Positions 1 to 8,315 of a stretch of DNA of 38,478 bases are shown piece after piece. Both the position numbers and the translations under genes were made by a program. The stretch covers positions 1 through 38,478 of the forward strand of contig CAYFJE010000002.1 in NCBI GenBank assembly GCA_964343345.1. Direction: 5' to 3'. Position 1 is the stretch's first letter, and every line of letters begins with the position of its first letter. Below the pieces are notes generated by a model. It was not told where the DNA came from. It worked only from the letters and a program-made list of their open reading frames with translations, and did not search any database. This DNA is from an uncultured bacterium (lineage in GTDB: Bacteria; UBP7; UBA6624).

Positions 1-932
1 CCGAGCCAACCCCCGAGCCAACACCCGAGCCAAGAAAAAACATCCAAGGCTCGCCTCAAAAGACCAAAGATATTAGGACAAGCCCTGCTGTTAGAAGGTA
101 TTCTCAAGAAAACGAAATCGACCTAACTTCAATCACCGGATCTGGACCAAACGGAAGAATCCAAATGAAAGACGTCTTGTCTTTTAAAAAGCCAAAAATA
201 TCTAAACTGGATACAAAATCTCCAAACAACACAGAAACAAGACAACCTATCAACAGTTCAATGGCTGCAATGGCAAAACATATGGTCAATTCAGTTTCAA
301 CGAGCCCACATTTTTTAATTGTTGACGAGGCTGATATGAGCGAAACTCTTGCTGTGTATAGAAATATGAAAGAAAAACTCAAAGAAAAGGGCGCAAGATT
401 GACCTTGATGAGTTTTTTTGTTAGAGCGGCAGCACAAGCACTCAAAGACTTTCCAAGGATGAACGTTTCTATTGACGGAGAAGAGTTAGTTACTAAAAAT
501 TACAGGAACATTGGGATGGCTGCAAGTGTGGGGGAAAGCTTAATTGTTCCAGTTATTAAAAATGCAGATTTTTTCAATCTTGAAAATCTTGCATTGGAGA
601 TTAACAGACTTGCCACTGCAGCACAAGAAAACAAATTGACAATGCAGGACATTACTGGAGGCACATTCACCATAACCAATGCTGGAATGTTTGGAGGACC
701 GCTGATGTCCGCACCGATAATCAACCAGCCAGAAGCGGGCATTTTAGGGATACACACAGTAAAAGAAAGAGCTGTTGTTGTAGACGGCAATGTCGTTGTT
801 AAACCAATGGTTTACATCTCTTTGTCAAGTGACCACAGGATGGTTGATGGTGTTCTTGCTGTAAGGTTTTTGTGCAGATTTAAAGAACTTCTTGAACACC
901 CAGGCCTTTTGGCTACAGGTCCAATTTCGTGA
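1..932 (+). CDS. 2-oxoacid dehydrogenase E2 component (dihydrolipoamide acyltransferase), 5'-partial; possibly SucB-type
   Basis: Frame +3 is open from the window edge (codons from nt 3). The translation gives an EPTPEPTPEP linker, then a peripheral-subunit-binding motif SPAVRRYSQENEIDLTSITGSGPNGRIQMKDV. The acyltransferase catalytic domain follows, with TFTITNAGMFGG, PIINQPEAGILGIH and the active-site DHRMVDG. It sits directly upstream of lpdA. Confidence 0.9.
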   Translation, partial: EPTPEPTPEPRKNIQGSPQKTKDIRTSPAVRRYSQENEIDLTSITGSGPNGRIQMKDVLSFKKPKISKLDTKSPNNTETRQPINSSMAAMAKHMVNSVSTSPHFLIVDEADMSETLAVYRNMKEKLKEKGARLTLMSFFVRAAAQALKDFPRMNVSIDGEELVTKNYRNIGMAASVGESLIVPVIKNADFFNLENLALEINRLATAAQENKLTMQDITGGTFTITNAGMFGGPLMSAPIINQPEAGILGIHTVKERAVVVDGNVVVKPMVYISLSSDHRMVDGVLAVRFLCRFKELLEHPGLLATGPIS

Positions 933-2305
933 AATACGACCTTGTTATTGTAGGAGCAGGTCCAGGCGGATATGTTTGTGCGATCAGGGCAGCTCAGCTT
1001 GGTTTGAAGGTTGCAGTTGTGGAAAAAGAAAGAGCAGGAGGAACTTGTTTAAATGTAGGGTGCATACCATCAAAAGCACTTTTAGATTCAACGGAGATAT
1101 TTTCAGAAGTTCAAGAAAACAACGAACACGGCATTGAAGCAAAAAATTTAAAAATAAATTGGAAAACCTTACAGCAAAGAAGGGAAGGGATAGTCGAAAA
1201 ACTAACCTCTGGTGTTGAATTTCTTCTTGCCAAATCAAAAATAGATTATTTCAAAGGCTGTGCCCAGGTCAAATCTCGTCACACCGTGATTGTGGGCAGA
1301 AACAACCTCGCAACAAAGAATGTTGTTTTGGCAACAGGTTCAACACCGATAGAGATACCCTTTTTACCTTTTGACGGATTACAAATAATCAATTCAACAG
1401 AAGCCCTTTCACAACCAAATATACCAAAAGAAATGGTTGTTATAGGTGGAGGGTATATTGGTTTGGAGATGGCAAGTGTTTATAACAGAGTAGGGACAAA
1501 AGTGACTGTAGTCGAAATGATGAACAGCATTGTCCCCTTGATGGACCCAGAGATCAGTAAACAGCTTAGGAAATCTTTAAAAAAGCAAGGCATCAAATTC
1601 AAAACATCAACCAAGGTAACAGGATCTAAAAAAACTAAAACCAAAATCATATTGAATGTTGAAAAAAACGGAAAAAAAGAGAAACAAACAACAGAACAAG
1701 TCCTTGTTGCTGTTGGAAGAAAGCCTAATGACGGCAACATTAATCTCAATGCTTTAGGGATAAAAAGAAACGAAAGGGGTTTTGTTGTTGTTGATGAAAA
1801 ACTGGAAACATCTCAAGAAGGGATTTATGCAATAGGAGATTTGGTTCCAGGACCAATGCTCGCACACAAAGCAAGTGAAGAAGGTGTTGTGGTTGCTGAA
1901 AGAGTTGCTGGTAAAAAAACAATACTTAATTACAGTTTGATACCATCAGTCGTTTACACACACCCAGAAGGTGCTTCTATTGGAAAAAACACACTTGAAC
2001 TCCAAAAAGCAGGCATAGAATTCAATACAGGTATGTTTCCATTTTCAGCATCCGGAAGAGCCATGGCTATCGGCTGTACAGAGGGATTTGTTAAGGTTTT
2101 GTCTGACAAAAAAACAGATACGGTTTTGGGAGTGCATATATTAGGGCCAAAAGCTTCCGAATTAATCGGAGAGGCCGCAATGGTCATGGGTTTCTGCGGA
2201 ACTGCTGAAGATGTTGGTGTTTTTATCCACGCTCATCCAACATTAAGCGAAGCTTTAAAAGAGGCCTCTCTTGAAGCTTCTGGACATGGAGCAATCCATA
2301 CTTAA
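929..2305 (+). CDS. lpdA: dihydrolipoyl dehydrogenase (E3)
   Basis: GTG start overlaps the E2 stop (GTGA). It has the FAD motif VIVGAGPGGY and the redox-active disulfide GGTCLNVGCIPSK. It also has the NAD motif VVIGGGYIGLE and the C-terminal HAHPTLSE interface motif. Confidence 0.95.
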   Translation: MKYDLVIVGAGPGGYVCAIRAAQLGLKVAVVEKERAGGTCLNVGCIPSKALLDSTEIFSEVQENNEHGIEAKNLKINWKTLQQRREGIVEKLTSGVEFLLAKSKIDYFKGCAQVKSRHTVIVGRNNLATKNVVLATGSTPIEIPFLPFDGLQIINSTEALSQPNIPKEMVVIGGGYIGLEMASVYNRVGTKVTVVEMMNSIVPLMDPEISKQLRKSLKKQGIKFKTSTKVTGSKKTKTKIILNVEKNGKKEKQTTEQVLVAVGRKPNDGNINLNALGIKRNERGFVVVDEKLETSQEGIYAIGDLVPGPMLAHKASEEGVVVAERVAGKKTILNYSLIPSVVYTHPEGASIGKNTLELQKAGIEFNTGMFPFSASGRAMAIGCTEGFVKVLSDKKTDTVLGVHILGPKASELIGEAAMVMGFCGTAEDVGVFIHAHPTLSEALKEASLEASGHGAIHT

Positions 2306-2312
2306 GGAGAAT

Positions 2313-2495
2313 ATGATGTTTAAATTAATTTTTGCTTTAGGACCGATGGAGATTGGTTTAATAGCACTAGTTGTCTTGGTGCTTTTTGGTCCAAAAAAGG
2401 TTACAGAATTTGCAAGATCGCTTGGAAGAACAAGTGGTGAATTCAAGAAAGGTCTTGAAGAGGGAAAAAAAAGCACAAAAGACAAAGACGAATAG
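2313..2495 (+). CDS. tatA: twin-arginine translocase subunit TatA/E
   Basis: I chose the ATG at 2313, preceded by AAGGAGA (2304-2310), rather than ORF-track start 2271, which lies inside lpdA. The product MMFKLIFALGPMEIGLIALVVLVLFGPKKVTEFARSLG has the TatA pattern: one TM helix, an FGxKK hinge and an amphipathic helix. Confidence 0.85.
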   Translation: MMFKLIFALGPMEIGLIALVVLVLFGPKKVTEFARSLGRTSGEFKKGLEEGKKSTKDKDE

Positions 2496-2504
2496 TTAAA
2501 AAAA

Positions 2505-3215
2505 ATGGAAGACAAAAAAATGTCTTTGTCCGAACATGTTTCAGATTTACAAAAAACAATTTTAAGAAGTTTAGTTTTCTGGATATCAGCTTCTGCCTTT
2601 CTTTCTTTTTTCCATGAATTCCTTTTAAAACACTTACAAGAACCATTAAAACAAGTAGGAATAGATTCACTAGTTGTTTTATCCCCGCAAGAAGGCTTTC
2701 TTATCCCCATCAAATTAGTTTTAATGTGCGGTTTTATAGTTGCCTCACCGTTAATTGTTCGTGAAATTGCTCTTTTTGCATGGCCTGCTCTAAAAAAAAC
2801 AGAAAGAAAGACTTTTCAAATTTTTGTGATTCCAGCTTTTCTAATCGCAATCCTAGGCGCTTTTTTTTGCTGGGAAGTTCTAATTCCTGTTTCTGTTGGT
2901 TTTCTTTTCAAAACAACAACTTCAAATCAATTAGATCCAACATGGACACTTCAACACTGGTTCAATTTTATCCAGTCAATGATGCTTGCTGCAGTTGTTG
3001 CATTTCAACTTCCAATAGTAATGGGAATTCTTGCAAAATTAAGGTTAATAACTTCCAAAATAGTTAAAAAAAACGGTCCTTATGCAATTGTTTTTCTTTT
3101 AATAATTTCAGGTTTTATCACTCCACCAGATGTTGTTACCCAGGTTATTATTGCCATACCCTTGATAGCTCTTTTTTACCTCAGTGTTTTCATAGTGAAA
3201 ATAAACGAAGGCTAA
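2505..3215 (+). CDS. tatC: twin-arginine translocase subunit TatC
   Basis: The N-terminus MSLSEHVSDLQKTILRSL matches the TatC HxxELRxR-type start. The protein is polytopic with about six hydrophobic segments and sits next to tatA. The start could be the internal ATG at 2520. Confidence 0.9.
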   Translation: MEDKKMSLSEHVSDLQKTILRSLVFWISASAFLSFFHEFLLKHLQEPLKQVGIDSLVVLSPQEGFLIPIKLVLMCGFIVASPLIVREIALFAWPALKKTERKTFQIFVIPAFLIAILGAFFCWEVLIPVSVGFLFKTTTSNQLDPTWTLQHWFNFIQSMMLAAVVAFQLPIVMGILAKLRLITSKIVKKNGPYAIVFLLIISGFITPPDVVTQVIIAIPLIALFYLSVFIVKINEG

Positions 3216-3286
3216 AAAGGTAAAGAATGACATCTTTTCAATAGAATTAAAAGGTTTTAGATTTCAAAAAAAACGGAGGAAGAATT

Positions 3287-5611
3287 ATGGCAAGAATTGG
3301 TGTTTTTCTTAGCGAAGAGGGTAAAAGCCTACACCCATTAGACCTAAAGGCAATTTCTGACAAGCTCATTAAGAACGTTCAGGAAGTAAGTAACGTGTTT
3401 ATACACGAGGACCTTAATACCATAGAAGGCCTAGAGGCGATGGAGAGGCAGATAAAGGAACAAAACATCGGTTATGTTGTTATTGGTTGCGGATCTGTCG
3501 ACAAAAGAGAGGAGACCATTAGGACAACACTTAAAAAAGCAGGAATAAACGAATATCTTTTAGAGGTCGTGAATTTAAAAGAAATGGTTGCAAGCGTTCA
3601 TAACGATGAGCCTGAAAAAGCTAACGAGAAAGCGTTCCACCTAATACAAACAGCTGTAATGAAAGCCGAAAAAGGTAAACCGCTCAACGAAACACCAATG
3701 AGGGTAGAACAACAGGTTTTAGTTGTTGGCGGAGGTGTTGCAGGAATGTCCGCCTCTTTAAGAATTGCCGACGCCGGATACAGTGTTGTTTTGGTAGAAA
3801 AGGCACCTGCTCTTGGAGGGCGTGTTGCACTTTTGAAAAACCTTTGGCCAAAATTGGAAGAGGCGGAGGACTTGATGAGAAACCTTTCTATAAGGTGCCA
3901 CCAACACGAAAATATTGTTTTGTATGACTACTCCGAAGTTAAATCAGTTTCAGGAGTTAGAGGGGATTTTGATATTGAGATTTCAAAAAAACCCAGGTAT
4001 GTTGACAGCCAAAAAATAGATAATTTTGAAAAAATAACAGCAGAACTAACACAAGATTTTCCAAACAAGTACGGACCAAGCAATTCTTCAGCAAAAGTTT
4101 TATATCAACCATATCCAGGATGTGTTCCGCCGTTGTTTTTGATTGATCCAGAGCACATAAATCATCCAGAGGTAAAAAAATTAATCACACTTGTTCCAGA
4201 CGGAACTGTTGACACGTCAGAAAAAGAAAAAATTGTTCATGAAAAGGTCGGAGCAATCATTATGGCTTTCGGAGCACAGATGATGGATGTTTCAAAACTC
4301 ACAAACCTGACCTCAGCAAAAAACAAAAATGTTGTTACAGCCATGCATTTTGAATCAAACACACAGGCGGAAGAGGATTCCGAAGCCGTTCTCTGGGTTG
4401 TAGATGCTGGAAGCAATGATCCAAAAAGAGGGGTTCCTTATGCTTCAGAAGTTCCACTCATGACATCTGTCAAACAGGCTATCTCTGTTAAAAAATCTTC
4501 AAAAGACAAAACAAGAACAGTGGTAATCTATTCAGACAGACGATCAAGAACAAAAGGGTATGAAGAGTTTTTAAAAACTGCTGAACAAAAATACAAAATC
4601 GAGATGATTAGAGGGGCGGTTTCAAAAGTAACATCTCAAACGAATGGTCTTTCTGTAAGTTTTCACAATTTAATCCAAGGAGAAGAGCAGCAGATTTCAG
4701 CATCAAAAGTTGTTTTGGCTACAGAAATATCTCCATCTCCAGATACAAAAAATCTTGCAGAAATTATGGATATAGGTTGCGATAATTCAGGATTCCTCTC
4801 AGAGACCCACGCTTCCCTAGACCCTTGCTCAACGAGCAATTCCGGAGTTTTTGTTTGCGGTGACTGTGCATCTCCTGGAGATATTCGCGCTGCTGTTTTG
4901 ACAGCTGAGTCAGCGGTTGCTAAAGCTTTGGCAGTTCTTGGTAAAAAAACAGGAGAGCCATATAGGCTTAAGCAAAAAGATGATAAATTAGCTAGATTCG
5001 ATAATTCTGCACAAACCGTTTCCCCTGAAAGTTTTCAAAAAAACGAAGAAGGAGGAATGAGTTACACACGACTAAATACCGTTTTTGGAAAAACAGAAAG
5101 TGGAGCATCGGTTCCAGCATCTCCGACAAGAAATATCGAATTGCATGGGTGGGAGTTGGCGAAATCAATTGCTGAAATTGAAAACATATGGAGCAATCAA
5201 GTGGAAAATTCTTCTTGGGAGCCAAAAATAACAGGGTTTGCTTCTCAACATGGGGGCTATCCACTTTTGGAGACACTCGGAAGGGAGGAAATCTCATATT
5301 CCCCGTGCTATAGGTTTTTACGTATAAGATCAACAGCTCATCTAGACCCCCTTCTCGTCTTGAAAAGTTTTTTCAATGGAGCCGACGGAGTCTTTATTGT
5401 TGGGGGGCCCTTAGGAAGGGGAAAATTCCATACTGACAATTATCTTGCGAAAAGAAGGTTTAAAGCTCTTGAAGGAGTTTTGGATGCTGGAGGTATAGAG
5501 TCAGAAAGAGTGAAGATTCTTTTTATGGACTCTCACCAGGTTGACGAGGTAGCGCAACATTTGAAAGATTTTCACAACACACTTTCAGACTTGGGGCCAT
5601 TGGGTATTTGA
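3287..5611 (+). CDS. HdrA-like FAD flavoprotein fused to a C-terminal MvhD/FlpD-like domain, lacking the canonical Fe-S ligand cysteines
   Basis: GGAGGA RBS lies upstream. The Rossmann FAD motif VLVVGGGVAGMSASLRIADAGYSVVLVEKAPALGGR is at about nt 3728. The HdrA-like C-terminal FAD segment GVFVCGDCASPGDIRAAVLTAESAVAKA is present. Residues about 646-772 follow the MvhD pattern (GADGVFIVGG, ERVKILFMDS). Family-conserved Cys positions are substituted (see findings). Confidence 0.7.
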   Translation: MARIGVFLSEEGKSLHPLDLKAISDKLIKNVQEVSNVFIHEDLNTIEGLEAMERQIKEQNIGYVVIGCGSVDKREETIRTTLKKAGINEYLLEVVNLKEMVASVHNDEPEKANEKAFHLIQTAVMKAEKGKPLNETPMRVEQQVLVVGGGVAGMSASLRIADAGYSVVLVEKAPALGGRVALLKNLWPKLEEAEDLMRNLSIRCHQHENIVLYDYSEVKSVSGVRGDFDIEISKKPRYVDSQKIDNFEKITAELTQDFPNKYGPSNSSAKVLYQPYPGCVPPLFLIDPEHINHPEVKKLITLVPDGTVDTSEKEKIVHEKVGAIIMAFGAQMMDVSKLTNLTSAKNKNVVTAMHFESNTQAEEDSEAVLWVVDAGSNDPKRGVPYASEVPLMTSVKQAISVKKSSKDKTRTVVIYSDRRSRTKGYEEFLKTAEQKYKIEMIRGAVSKVTSQTNGLSVSFHNLIQGEEQQISASKVVLATEISPSPDTKNLAEIMDIGCDNSGFLSETHASLDPCSTSNSGVFVCGDCASPGDIRAAVLTAESAVAKALAVLGKKTGEPYRLKQKDDKLARFDNSAQTVSPESFQKNEEGGMSYTRLNTVFGKTESGASVPASPTRNIELHGWELAKSIAEIENIWSNQVENSSWEPKITGFASQHGGYPLLETLGREEISYSPCYRFLRIRSTAHLDPLLVLKSFFNGADGVFIVGGPLGRGKFHTDNYLAKRRFKALEGVLDAGGIESERVKILFMDSHQVDEVAQHLKDFHNTLSDLGPLGI

Positions 5612-5614
5612 TAA

Positions 5615-6508
5615 ATGAATGAAATGAGAATAACAATACAAAGAGAAGCCAGAAGGCTTTTGCAACTCGAACGAGTGAGTGTTGTTATAGGTTATGAAAC
5701 AGGGCCGTATCCAGGAACGACATCTCCTTGTTTTGCTTTTACCCCAGATGATGCTCAAAGAATAGTTTTTAATAGTTTTTCAGCAATGAATTTAGCTGTT
5801 TATTTGCCAGGAATTACTGGAAATGTTGGAATAGTGGCAACTCCAGCAACTGTAAGATCTATCAAAGAGCTCGAAAAAGACGGCCTTGTAAAGAGACAAA
5901 ATATTCATATTATTGGCGTTAGGTTTCCAGGGATACTAGATCCAAGAAAGCTTTCCGTGAATCGAGAGAACGAAAACACACTTTCTGTAAATGAACACCC
6001 CGAGGCTCTTTGGGATTGGGCCCTACATGACCTTTACGAGGTTCCATCTGAATACGATATCCTTGTTGAGCCAAGATGGATGAGCGAGTTGGACAAGCAA
6101 AAGAAATTGCAGAAGCCGATTTTGTCTCGTACTAATGTTGAACGACTTCAACAAATGACACATAAAGAAAGAAGGGCTTATTGGTTGCAATATTTTGAAG
6201 AAAACAAACACCCTGACCACAACAAAAACCTTTTTCCTTCAACATATGCTGGAGGAGACCATTTGGAGAAATTCAAATACATAAAGTCAACTTACAGTTC
6301 TAGTGAGTTGTTTTATGAACATCTTTCTTGGGTTTACCAATCTATGGGCCGTGCATCTGGTTTTGATTTGTCCGACTTGACCGAAGAGCCAACAAAGATA
6401 CCCCTCTCCACCCTTAGAGCATGGGCTGCAAGAGAGTTTAGGAGAAACTTTGATTACAGGCCGGGTTTTGACGACACAAACCCCTTATTGAAGAAGGAAA
6501 GTTTATGA
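5615..6508 (+). CDS. uncharacterised operon protein; N-terminal half weakly FrhB/FdhB-like (F420 hydrogenase/dehydrogenase beta family), Cys-depleted
   Basis: It starts 3 nt after the upstream stop, and its end overlaps the next gene (ATGA). NVGIVATPATVRSIKELEK resembles the FrhB-type VAVVGTPCQIxAxRKL segment with Cys replaced by Ala. The whole 297-aa protein has only one Cys. I do not recognise the C-terminal half. Confidence 0.35.
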   Translation: MNEMRITIQREARRLLQLERVSVVIGYETGPYPGTTSPCFAFTPDDAQRIVFNSFSAMNLAVYLPGITGNVGIVATPATVRSIKELEKDGLVKRQNIHIIGVRFPGILDPRKLSVNRENENTLSVNEHPEALWDWALHDLYEVPSEYDILVEPRWMSELDKQKKLQKPILSRTNVERLQQMTHKERRAYWLQYFEENKHPDHNKNLFPSTYAGGDHLEKFKYIKSTYSSSELFYEHLSWVYQSMGRASGFDLSDLTEEPTKIPLSTLRAWAAREFRRNFDYRPGFDDTNPLLKKESL

Positions 6509-7533
6509 CAATGAATAATTATGTTTTGTCAAAAGCCAAACTCAAATATTGGCTTGAGGATATAAGAAGGCGTAATGAGCTTTGGGCTCCCGTTGGAGAG
6601 AGAGATTCAGTGAGTTATTTAAAGAATCCAAAAGGCGAAGATGTAGCAACAGAATTCACAAATAGTTTAGATTGTCCTAAATACATCTTTTCTCCACAGC
6701 AAGATCCAATTTGTAATTTTGAAATCAAGGGAAGAGGAGAGGTTGTTGTGGAGGAAATTAAACCCGATACAACACCAAGAGTTGTTTTTGGACTTAGGCC
6801 ACCAGATGTTAGAGGTCTTGAAATCATGGACGCATATCTTCTAAAAGACAAGGTTGATGAAAGATACAAGGCAAAAAGAGACAATACGACAGTAGTTTCT
6901 TTAGGCTATCACAATCCCGCACCGTGTTGTTTTGCTGAGGCTGTTGGTGTCGATTTGTTTCCAAAAAAAGGTTCGGATATTCTTTTAACAGATCTTGGAA
7001 GAAGCTACTATGTTGAAACTCTTTCTGAAGAAGGAGAAAATCTTGTTTCCGAACACTTCAACGAAGCAGACGACATTGTTCGAAACGAAGCATGGGATAT
7101 CCAAAAAAGATCGAAAGGAACAACAGACTTCGATTTACATTTAGACAAATGGAAAGATTTTACAGACAGTGAAATATACACATTGCCTTATTGGGACGAG
7201 ATATATTTAGGGGTAATAGCTGACTCTGTAGCTACACGTTATTTTTATTCTGGAACATATTTTAAAATTGTTGATGTGTCTAAAGGTACTCGTGGTACAA
7301 GATATAAAACATGGACAACAATGTATTCACCCAACTTTTCTGTCTTGCCCAACGGGTATGATTACAAACCAAGCTTAAAAGAAAAATTCAAGGATTGGAT
7401 ATTAGAAATGTTTCACTTTTTTCCAAAACGACACGGCTTTATTGGGTGTTCCGGAGCACATAGATGTATTGCTGGAATGACAACAAAACATGACATCAGA
7501 AAAATAATTGCAAACGTGGATTTTGGGACATGA
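6505..7533 (+). CDS. AsrA/HydB-like (anaerobic sulfite reductase subunit A / sulfhydrogenase beta family) protein without ferredoxin Cys motifs
   Basis: Collinear similarity to AsrA as I remember it. [21 protein letters not shown] matches [29 protein letters not shown] matches [39 protein letters not shown] matches [45 protein letters not shown] matches MCVGCGRCDDRCP. It has 4-nt overlaps with both neighbours. Confidence 0.65.
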   Translation: [342 protein letters not shown]

Positions 7534-8315
7534 ACCTCCAACCTCAAGTTGTAAATCTAACTGAAAGTACCAAAGAAGGTGCTATTGGTTCCGTTTCTTT
7601 TTCTTGCTCAAAGGAATTATCTGCAGGTCAGGTTTTTAAAATCGGAACTTTTGGCATTGGTGAGACATCTGCATGGGTAACGGATTGGGAAGAGGGAATA
7701 GCAACCGTATCATTTTTAGAAAACAATTCAGTCACACACAAAATCATGCTTTTGCCAAAAGGAGAATGTATAACTTTGAGAGGACCTTTCGGAAACGGAT
7801 TCCCATTTGCCAAAAAAAACTACAAAAAGATTCTCTTGATAAACAAAGATGATGGCATTTTGTCGCAGAAAAAACTCATAAATGACCTTATTCAAACAGG
7901 TTCAGACATCACACTTTTTCACTTCACATCTTCTCCAAAAAATCCAGTCATGAAGAGCTCTTTAGAAAAAACATGTAACAACGAAGAGTCTCCTGTTGAT
8001 GGTCAAATTTTTGACTTGACCAAAAAAGGACCCCAAGACCTGAATTCTTTTATTAGCAAACAGCTAGAACAACATAATTTTTCGGCCGTTGATGCCGTTG
8101 CCATTTCAGGAGATGAAAATTTTCAGCAAGCTATATCTAAAACCCTAGAACAAACAAACATTAAAGACAAAGATATATACATTCTTTTTAATCGCAACTT
8201 CACATCAGGCATGGGTTGGTCAAACCAGGACTTATACGGAGTAACTAACATCTGGAAAGATGGGCCGGTATTCACTCTTTCGGAGGTTCGAAGGTTCCCG
8301 GGAATTTTTATTTAG
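7530..8315 (+). CDS. AsrB/HydG-like FNR-fold protein lacking the NAD(P)H loop and the [2Fe-2S] cysteines
   Basis: AGQVFKIGTFGIGETSAWV...ITLRGPFGNGFPF matches the AsrB/PyrK-type GQFVxVxxPxxGExPxS...LRGxxGNGF pattern. LLINKDDGILS replaces LLVVAGGTGVAP. NFTSGMGWSNQDLYGVTNIWKDGPVF replaces [25 protein letters not shown]. Confidence 0.65.
   Translation: MNLQPQVVNLTESTKEGAIGSVSFSCSKELSAGQVFKIGTFGIGETSAWVTDWEEGIATVSFLENNSVTHKIMLLPKGECITLRGPFGNGFPFAKKNYKKILLINKDDGILSQKKLINDLIQTGSDITLFHFTSSPKNPVMKSSLEKTCNNEESPVDGQIFDLTKKGPQDLNSFISKQLEQHNFSAVDAVAISGDENFQQAISKTLEQTNIKDKDIYILFNRNFTSGMGWSNQDLYGVTNIWKDGPVFTLSEVRRFPGIFI

Noticed and set aside
1-34. A 12-bp tandem repeat, CCGAGCCAAC(C/A)C, present in about 2.8 copies at the window start.
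   Set aside because: It lies in frame inside the E2 gene and encodes the EPTP-type Pro-rich interdomain linker typical of 2-oxoacid dehydrogenase E2 proteins. It is a coding low-complexity linker, not a regulatory or mobile repeat.
2271-2312. ORF-track start at 2271 for tatA.
   Set aside because: It lies inside the lpdA coding region. The ATG at 2313 has an AAGGAGA RBS and yields a canonical TatA N-terminus.
3287-8315. The possibility that the Cys-depleted Hdr/Asr-like genes are simply pseudogenes.
   Set aside because: All four ORFs are full length relative to their families, with no frameshift or internal stop. They retain non-ligand conserved residues and keep tight translational coupling (ATGA overlaps). 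That is not what decaying genes look like. This needs dN/dS confirmation.
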